From Akkermansiaceae bacterium (GTDB lineage: Bacteria > Verrucomicrobiota > Verrucomicrobiia > Verrucomicrobiales > Akkermansiaceae), in NCBI GenBank assembly GCA_051251915.1, contig JBPOGF010000002.1, forward strand, positions 128,001 to 192,000: DNA of 64,000 nt, in the 5' to 3' direction. The notes beneath the pieces are model-generated. The model was not told where the DNA came from. It ran no database searches and was given only the letters and a program-made list of their open reading frames with translations. The translations under genes and the position numbers were made by a program. Of the stretch, positions 57,120-64,000 are shown piece after piece (positions within the stretch are counted from its first letter, which is position 1; every line of letters begins with the position of its first letter).

Positions 57120-60100
57120 ATGATGAAATTTACCCAAATCAAGTGTGTAGTGCTCGCAGTGCTTTGTAGTCTGTTGCCTTTTATAGCTCAGGCTACTGTT
57201 GTAGAAGATAGGTTAGCGATGAATAAGTTATTTGAAGATGGGAACTGGAAGGAGGCATTGGAGGCTGCTGAGAAGAATTTTGGTGCCGTGTCTGATGAGA
57301 AGTCTGATGGTGACTTGGATCTTGCGATCAAGTGTATGAACAAGCTTAGGAAGTATGAGGGGTATGAGGGACTTCTTGCTGTGGTCAATGAAAAGCATGG
57401 GGCTAATGCTAAAGTGCTACTTGAGGCTGCGCATAGTCTGAGCTCTGTTCCGAGTAATGGAGCTTGGTTTGATAATGAGTATTTGCGTGGAGCGAGCCCG
57501 TATTCGCGGAAAGGGACGCGTGGTGAGCATGCTAATAGCCTGGAGCGAGATAGAGTGCGGGCATTGCAGTTGTTAGAGAGAGCATACGGTTTGACGGAGG
57601 CTAATGATGGGGTAGGTAAACTGAATGTTCTTCAATATTGGGCTACGATGGTGCAAAGTAATAGGACTCATAATCAGAGCTGGAAGTTACAAATTCTAAC
57701 AGATACTGGTGAGCTGCCTGAAGTTTTCCGTGGGTATAATAGTTACTCTGGGACACAGGGTGCGCCGATGACTGATGAGGGTGATGCGCTGTTTTATGAG
57801 GTTCCTGTTAGTTATGCAGATGCTGAGAATGATGGGGAGCGCTGGAGATGGTTGTTGGATGAGCAGGTGAAAGTTGACCCGAAGCATAAGCTTAGTGTGA
57901 GTCGTCAACTTGCGGCTTTTTTGCATCAGCAGTTTGGGGTGCGTAGTATGCAGAGTTTTGGGTGGTATCATAGGATGGCAGCGGAAGATGGTGAGGAGAA
58001 TCAGGCGGGGATTATGAAGGTGCATACGTTGAAGGATAATGAGACGATTGCTAGGTTGGCGAATGGGGTGAAGAGGTTTGAGCTGCCGGATAGTCAGAAT
58101 TTTATTAAGATGTATGAGGAGGCTTGGGATGGTGGAGATGCTTATGCTGCGGATAGGTTGGTGGAGATTTATTTGGATAGGAGGCAGTATGATAGGGCGG
58201 CGGAGTTGTTAGGGGTGTTGATAGCGACGAAGGGAGATGATAAGCAGAAGTCTAGAAATAAGAGACTGGAGCAGATTACGAGTGAGTGGGGTAGGTTTGA
58301 GCAGAGCGGTGGGGCGTTTACGGTGGTGGATGAGAAGCGGGTGTCGTTGGTTTATAGGAATGCGAAGGAGGTGAGGTTGACGTTGCATGAGATAGATGTG
58401 CAGGGGATCAATGATGACATTTGGGAGTATCTTAAGGGGAATCCGAGGACGGTGGATTGGAATAGGGTGAACTGGGGGGATTTGTTGAATACGAGTGTTA
58501 ATGATAGGCATAACAAATACATTGGTGATCAGGTGGCTGAGCAGGTTTATGAGTTGAAGCCTAGGGGTGGGCATTGGGATACTAGGGCTGAGTTGAAGTT
58601 GCCGAAGATAGATAAAGCGGGTGCTTATTTGCTAAGGGGTGAGATTGGTGATGGGAAGAAATTTTACACGATGGTGTGGGTGGATGATATGATGTTGGCA
58701 TCTCGTCAGGTGAGTGGTGGGACGCTTTATATTGCGGCGGATGCTGAGACTGGAAAGCCGATAGCAGGGGTTGAGTTGATAGTGCGTGGGTATAGGACTG
58801 AGGCGCTGAAGAAGAAGTCGTTGCTTAGAAAGTATAACACGATCACTACGAATTATGAGGCGGTGACTGATGAGAATGGACAGGTGATTCTGAAGAATGG
58901 TGATGATAGTGGGCGTAATTTTCAGTGGACTGTGGAGGCTAGGAAAGGTGAGATGCGGGCTTGGATGGGGATGAATAGGATCTGGTCATGGCATAGGGAT
59001 CAGAATAGTGAGTATGTAACGCGCAAGGCTTTTTGTATAACTAGTCAGCCGGTTTATAAGCCTGAGAGTGAGGTTCAGGGGAAGTTTTGGGTGCGTGAGG
59101 TGAGGTATGATTTGGGGGATAAGTCTGCGTTTGCGGGGAGGAAGTTTTATTTAGAGGTGGTGGACCCAAGGGGCGAGAAGGTAGGTGAGGGGCAGACTAT
59201 TGTGGCTGATGAGTATGGTGGTGTGCCGTTTAGTGTGGATATTGCTCATGATGCTACGTTGGGGAGTTATCGAGTGGTGTTGCGTTTTGATAGTGCAACG
59301 GGTAGTCATGCGGGTAATGGAAATTTTAGGGTGGAGAAGTATAAGAAGCCAGAGTATGAGGTGAAGGTGGATGCGCCTACTATTCCGGTGGAGTTGGGTG
59401 ATGCTTTTGAGGCGACGGTGAAGGCGAATTATTATCATGGTGCGCCGGTGACGAATGCTACGGTGAAGGTGAAAGTTCTGAGGCATGTTCATAATGCTAG
59501 ATGGTTTCCGTATGGGAGATGGGATTGGCTTTATGGTGGTGGTTATGGGTGGATGGATGTGGAGCGTAGCTGGTATCCGGGGTGGGCGCACTGGGGATGT
59601 AGGAGTCCGTATCCATTTTGGTATGGGGGGAATCATGAGCAGCCTGAGCTTGTCTTGGATGAGGAAATGAAGATAGGTGAGGATGGGACTGTGAAGGTGA
59701 AGGTGGACTCAGCATTGGCTAAGCTGGTGCATGGGGATGAAGATCATCGTTATGAGATCAAGGTTGAAGTGGTAGATGCTTCACGACGGACTATTTTCGG
59801 GAGTGGATCTGTGCTTGCGACTAGGAAGCCGTTTCAGGTGACTACTTGGCTGAACCGTGGGTATGCGCTGGCTGGGGAGAGAATCCAGGCGAGTGTGGCT
59901 GCTAATACGCTCGATGGGCGTGTGGTGAAGGGGTGGATGGGAACTACGTTGTATAAGGTTAACTCGAATGCAGAGGGTGAGATCAAGGAGACAGTGGTGC
60001 GTCAGTGGGATAAGGTTGCTTATAGTGGTGAGACGGCTCGTCTTGATTTCAAGGTAGATGTTGCTGGGCAGTATCGTTTGGTGAATCTGGTTACTGATGA

Positions 60101-63100
60101 GCAGGGGCGTGAAGTTGAGGGGGCGATTTTGTTTTCTGTTAGAGGGCCGGCGGGTGAGCAGGGGGATGTGAGATATAATGACATTGAACTGATCACTGAT
60201 AAGCGGACTTATGCGCCTGGTGAGAGTGTGAAGTTGCTGGTGAATACGAAGCGTAAGGGTAGTACGGTGATGTTATTTGTTAGAGGGACTGGTGATAGGA
60301 AATTGCTTACGTTGGAGGGTAATAGCCAGGTGGTGGAGATTCCGGTGGCGCTTGGTGATATGCCGAACTTTTTTGTGGAGGCGATGACGATTAGTGATGC
60401 GCGTGTTCATACGCAGGTGTTAGAGGTGATTGTGCCGCCGGCGAAGAGGGTGTTGAATGTGGCGATTGTCCCGAGTTCGGAGAAGTATAAGCCTCAGGAA
60501 AAGGGGACGGTGAAGATCAAGGTGACTGATGAGAATGGTGAGGCTGTGACTGGGGATTGTGTGTTGGCGGTTTATGACAAGTCGCTGGAGTATATTTCTG
60601 GTGGTAGTAATGTGGCTAAGATTAAGTCATTTTTCTGGAAGTGGAGGAGGCAATATCAGAGAGGTTATTGGCGTCAGTCGATGGTTATTGCTGGTGGTAA
60701 TACGGTGAAGAAGGGTAGCGAAATGATGGGGAATCTTGGTGCTTTTGGGCAGCAGTTGAGTTTGGAACTTGCTGGTGGAGATCCTTTTGGTGATGCTGGA
60801 GGTGGAGGTGGTGTTCGCTTTAGTAAAAAGAGTCAGTCGGCAGTTATGGGTCGAGCAGCGGGTAATTTGGCCATGCCTACGCCATCTGCGGCTGTGATGG
60901 AGTCTGACAGCTTAAGCGCGGAAGCGTTTAGTGCTGGTGGAGAGATGGATGAAGCCGATGGTGGTAACGAGCCTGAGGTGATGATTCGTAAGGATTTTGC
61001 GGATCTTATTAAGTGGTCTGGGTCGGTGAAGTTGGATGAGGATGGGATGGCGGAGGTGCCGGTGGAGTATCCTGATAATTTGACGACTTGGAAAATTCAG
61101 ACATGGGCGATGGCTCATGGGACGCGCGTGGGGCATGGTTCTGCGGAGGTGATTACGAGTAAGGATCTGATTATTAGGTTGCAGGCTCCGAGATTTTTTG
61201 TGGAAAAGGATGAGGTTGTGTTGAGTGCTGTGGTGCATAATTACCATGCTGCTGCGGCTGATGCGGAGGTGTCGTTAGAGCTTGAGGGGGGGACGCTGGA
61301 TGTGATTGAGGGTGATATTTCACAGGGTGTGAGATTGGCTGGAGAGAATGGTGAGGAGCGGGTGAACTGGAGAGTGAAGGTGAAGGGTGAAGGGGAGGCG
61401 ATAGTGCGGATGAAGGTGGTGACGGCGAATGATGCGGATGCGATGGAGATGACGTTTCCTGTGTATGTTCATGGGATACTGAAGCAGATGGCTTGGAGTA
61501 GAGAGGTGGAGCCTGGGAAGGATTCGGCGAAGATTATTATTGAGGTTCCTGAGGAGAGGAGGCCTGAGGATTCGAGGTTGGAGGTAAGGTTTTCTCCGAC
61601 GATTGCTGGTGCTATTGTGGATGCGTTGCCGTATTTGGCGGAGTATCCTTATGGGTGCACTGAGCAGACGTTGAATAGGTTTGTTCCGACGGTGATTACT
61701 CAGAAGATTCTGAAGGATATGGGGATTAATTTGGAGGATGTTAGGAATAAGAGGACTAATTTGAACCCGCAGGAAATGGGGGATGATAAGGAGCGTGCTA
61801 AGCAGTGGAAGAGGTGGCAGCGAAATCCGGTCTTTAGTGAAAAAGAGGTGGATAAGATGACGCGTGAAGGAGTGCAGAAATTGATTGATATGCAGGTGTC
61901 TGACGGTGGCTGGGGATGGTTCTCTGGTTATGGTGAGAGGTCATATCCGCATACTACGGCGGTTGTGGTGCATGGGTTGAGATTGGCTCAGAAGAATGGG
62001 GCGCAAGTGCCTGAGGAGAGGATCAAGCTCGGGGTGGAGTGGCTTAAGCGGTATGAGGCGCGGGAGACTGAGAGGATCCGGATGTGGAAGAAGCGTGAGA
62101 AGAATACTAAGCAGGGACCTGAAACGATGGATGTTTTTGTGAGGCTTGTTCTTGCGGAGAATGAGGTTTCTAACCAGGAAATGTTAGGTTATCAGTTCCG
62201 TGATAAGAAGGACTTTGGAGTGTATGCTAAGTCGATGCTTGGGATGAGTTTGCATTTGGCTAAGGATGTGACTCGTAGGGATGAGGTGATTCGTAATATT
62301 GAGCAGTTTTTGAACTATGATGATGAGAATCAGACGGCATTTCTTGAGATGGGGAATTCTGGTTATTGGTGGTATTGGTATGGGAGCGATATTGAGGCTC
62401 ATGCTTGGTATTTGAAGTTGTTGGTTTTAGCTAAGCCTGAGAGTAAGCAGGCGCGGGGGGTGGTGAAGTTTTTGGTGAATAACCGGAAGCATGCTACTTA
62501 TTGGAATTCTACTCGTGATACGGCGTATGCGATTGAGGCGATAGCGGCTTATATGGAGGCAAGTGGTGAGGCGGATCCGAATGCGGAGGTTGAGGTTCTG
62601 GTGGATGGTAAGAGTTATAAGAAGGTGAAGATTTCTAAGGAGAATTTATTTAGCTTCGATAATAAGATGACGCTTGCGGGTGATGTTCTTACTAGTGGTA
62701 AGCATACTGTGGAGATTCGGAGGAAGGGTAATGGGCCGCTTTATACGAATGCTTATCTTACGGTGTTTACTAAGGAGGACTTCATTGAGAAAGCTGGCTT
62801 GGAGGTGAAGGTGGAGCGGAGGTTTTATAAGTTAGTTCCGAAGAAGGCTACGGACAAGGTAGCTGGGAATCACGGACAGGTGGTGGAGCAGAAGGTGGAT
62901 AAGTATGATAGGGTTCCGCTTAAGGTGGGTGATGCTGTGCAGAGTGGTGATACTATTGAGGTGGAGCTTCTGTTAGAGAGTAAGAATGATTATGAGTATT
63001 TGATGTTCTCTGACTTCAAGGCGGCGGGAACTGAGGCTGAGGAGGTGCGGAGTGGGTATACACGGACGGGGAATGTGAGTGCTTATATGGAGGTGCACGA

Positions 63101-63275
63101 TGAGAAGGTGTGCTTCTTTATTCGTAAGCTTCCGCAAGGGAAGCATAGTCTTAGCTATAAACTGAGAGCTGAAATTCCTGGGAAGTTTAGTGCATTGCCT
63201 GCGACTGCGGATGCGATGTATGCGCCTGAGTTGAGGGCGAATTCTGATGAGATGAAGATTGAGATTGGGGAGTGA
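57120..63275 (+). CDS. Bacterial alpha-2-macroglobulin
   Basis: Signal peptide; MG2 motifs T.QPVYKP, F.VE.YKKPEYEV and PDNLTTW; thioester YPYGCTEQ; Q..DGGWGW; PG.F.ALPA....MYAP. Confidence 0.93.
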   Translation: MMKFTQIKCVVLAVLCSLLPFIAQATVVEDRLAMNKLFEDGNWKEALEAAEKNFGAVSDEKSDGDLDLAIKCMNKLRKYEGYEGLLAVVNEKHGANAKVLLEAAHSLSSVPSNGAWFDNEYLRGASPYSRKGTRGEHANSLERDRVRALQLLERAYGLTEANDGVGKLNVLQYWATMVQSNRTHNQSWKLQILTDTGELPEVFRGYNSYSGTQGAPMTDEGDALFYEVPVSYADAENDGERWRWLLDEQVKVDPKHKLSVSRQLAAFLHQQFGVRSMQSFGWYHRMAAEDGEENQAGIMKVHTLKDNETIARLANGVKRFELPDSQNFIKMYEEAWDGGDAYAADRLVEIYLDRRQYDRAAELLGVLIATKGDDKQKSRNKRLEQITSEWGRFEQSGGAFTVVDEKRVSLVYRNAKEVRLTLHEIDVQGINDDIWEYLKGNPRTVDWNRVNWGDLLNTSVNDRHNKYIGDQVAEQVYELKPRGGHWDTRAELKLPKIDKAGAYLLRGEIGDGKKFYTMVWVDDMMLASRQVSGGTLYIAADAETGKPIAGVELIVRGYRTEALKKKSLLRKYNTITTNYEAVTDENGQVILKNGDDSGRNFQWTVEARKGEMRAWMGMNRIWSWHRDQNSEYVTRKAFCITSQPVYKPESEVQGKFWVREVRYDLGDKSAFAGRKFYLEVVDPRGEKVGEGQTIVADEYGGVPFSVDIAHDATLGSYRVVLRFDSATGSHAGNGNFRVEKYKKPEYEVKVDAPTIPVELGDAFEATVKANYYHGAPVTNATVKVKVLRHVHNARWFPYGRWDWLYGGGYGWMDVERSWYPGWAHWGCRSPYPFWYGGNHEQPELVLDEEMKIGEDGTVKVKVDSALAKLVHGDEDHRYEIKVEVVDASRRTIFGSGSVLATRKPFQVTTWLNRGYALAGERIQASVAANTLDGRVVKGWMGTTLYKVNSNAEGEIKETVVRQWDKVAYSGETARLDFKVDVAGQYRLVNLVTDEQGREVEGAILFSVRGPAGEQGDVRYNDIELITDKRTYAPGESVKLLVNTKRKGSTVMLFVRGTGDRKLLTLEGNSQVVEIPVALGDMPNFFVEAMTISDARVHTQVLEVIVPPAKRVLNVAIVPSSEKYKPQEKGTVKIKVTDENGEAVTGDCVLAVYDKSLEYISGGSNVAKIKSFFWKWRRQYQRGYWRQSMVIAGGNTVKKGSEMMGNLGAFGQQLSLELAGGDPFGDAGGGGGVRFSKKSQSAVMGRAAGNLAMPTPSAAVMESDSLSAEAFSAGGEMDEADGGNEPEVMIRKDFADLIKWSGSVKLDEDGMAEVPVEYPDNLTTWKIQTWAMAHGTRVGHGSAEVITSKDLIIRLQAPRFFVEKDEVVLSAVVHNYHAAAADAEVSLELEGGTLDVIEGDISQGVRLAGENGEERVNWRVKVKGEGEAIVRMKVVTANDADAMEMTFPVYVHGILKQMAWSREVEPGKDSAKIIIEVPEERRPEDSRLEVRFSPTIAGAIVDALPYLAEYPYGCTEQTLNRFVPTVITQKILKDMGINLEDVRNKRTNLNPQEMGDDKERAKQWKRWQRNPVFSEKEVDKMTREGVQKLIDMQVSDGGWGWFSGYGERSYPHTTAVVVHGLRLAQKNGAQVPEERIKLGVEWLKRYEARETERIRMWKKREKNTKQGPETMDVFVRLVLAENEVSNQEMLGYQFRDKKDFGVYAKSMLGMSLHLAKDVTRRDEVIRNIEQFLNYDDENQTAFLEMGNSGYWWYWYGSDIEAHAWYLKLLVLAKPESKQARGVVKFLVNNRKHATYWNSTRDTAYAIEAIAAYMEASGEADPNAEVEVLVDGKSYKKVKISKENLFSFDNKMTLAGDVLTSGKHTVEIRRKGNGPLYTNAYLTVFTKEDFIEKAGLEVKVERRFYKLVPKKATDKVAGNHGQVVEQKVDKYDRVPLKVGDAVQSGDTIEVELLLESKNDYEYLMFSDFKAAGTEAEEVRSGYTRTGNVSAYMEVHDEKVCFFIRKLPQGKHSLSYKLRAEIPGKFSALPATADAMYAPELRANSDEMKIEIGE

Positions 63276-63290
63276 TGTGATCTAAACTGA

Positions 63291-63674
63291 TTACACCTCA
63301 AACTGGTGTTTCTTTTGGAGTTCTGCTCCGCAGATTACGCAGTTGGTGCGTTTGGTGTTGGTGGGGCGGTGGCAGGTGGGGCAGTCGATGGTTTGCATGG
63401 AGATTTTGCCGTCGGTGTTGCCGTCGCGGTTGTCGATTTCTAGGACTTTGGCGATGATGTCTTCTTCTGTTAGGTCGGAGAAATCTCTGAGGAGTTCCCA
63501 CATGGCTTGGCTGCTTAGTGCGAGGCGGTCTATTTTTCTTTGAATCTGGGCGAGGACGTAGTCGGAGCCGTGGACTTTTGCTTCTGCTCGGTCTGCGGTT
63601 TTCTCAGCGTCTCTTATTCTTCTTTGTTGATAATTTTCCCAGAATATTCCTCCTGTAAATTCTATATCGTCCAT
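63291..63674 (-). CDS. Hypothetical protein with coiled coil and C-terminal zinc ribbon
   Basis: CPTC...CVICG motif and 'ID.RDG..DGK'. Confidence 0.75.
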   Translation of the reverse strand: MDDIEFTGGIFWENYQQRRIRDAEKTADRAEAKVHGSDYVLAQIQRKIDRLALSSQAMWELLRDFSDLTEEDIIAKVLEIDNRDGNTDGKISMQTIDCPTCHRPTNTKRTNCVICGAELQKKHQFEV

Positions 63675-63702
63675 GATGGTGTTGTGTTGTTTGTTTTATT
63701 GT

Positions 63703-64000
63703 TTAAAGAGTGGCGACTGATATGCCTGCGTGGTAGCCGGTGGTCCAGGCGTTTTGGAAGTTGAAGCCTCCGGTGATGCCGTCGATGTCTAGGATTTCTC
63801 CGGCGAAGTAGATGCCTTTGTGGAGTTTGGATTCCATGGTTTTTAGGTTGATTTCTTTGAGCTGGACTCCGCCGCAGGTTACGAATTCGTCTTTGTTGAG
63901 GGATTTTCCGTCGACGTGGAATTTGGAGTCGGTGAGTTGGTAGGTGAGTTTTTTGATGTGGTCTTTGGAGAGTTGTGACCAGAGGGTGGTGTGGCCGATG
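63703..64000 (-). CDS. HI0933/BaiN-family flavoprotein, C-terminal part (runs off the window)
   Basis: Hand translation: ...[55 protein letters not shown]...stop. Confidence 0.9.
   Translation of the reverse strand, partial: IGHTTLWSQLSKDHIKKLTYQLTDSKFHVDGKSLNKDEFVTCGGVQLKEINLKTMESKLHKGIYFAGEILDIDGITGGFNFQNAWTTGYHAGISVATL

Overview
This 64 kb window looks like chromosomal DNA from a polysaccharide-degrading Verrucomicrobiota-like bacterium. The taxonomic call is an inference from three PEP-CTERM proteins, three Cys-type sulfatases, an FGE, a PVC-type haem-c glucose-dehydrogenase-like protein and an alpha-2-macroglobulin. The right half is mostly housekeeping (gltB, hisA, purD, a dksA-like gene, rpmG, rpsR, folE2, ppk2) and has a very strong G+T bias on the + strand. 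The left half (about 4.7-30 kb) is a mosaic of accessory genes with weaker skew: an NfeD/FloA operon, alginate-lyase-like and heparinase II/III-like proteins, three secreted peptidases and gene remnants. The best candidate for a new system is a two-gene cassette at 10.3-14.5 kb: an alkaline-phosphatase-fold/TPR/sulfotransferase fusion plus a PEP-CTERM protein, bracketed by a ~144-bp duplication of the upstream gene's 3' end. A second cargo block (sulfatase plus broken Fic) is bracketed by a duplicated gltB terminator region. Also noted are a candidate ~80-nt sRNA, a histone-H1-like DksA fusion beside Cys-poor rpmG/rpsR and folE2, an Mpv17-like/PfkB pair with an altered kinase motif, a MITE and a mosaic intergenic repeat family. 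I found no rRNA, tRNA, CRISPR array, integrase or transposase. All family calls come from motif recognition by eye, not database searches.
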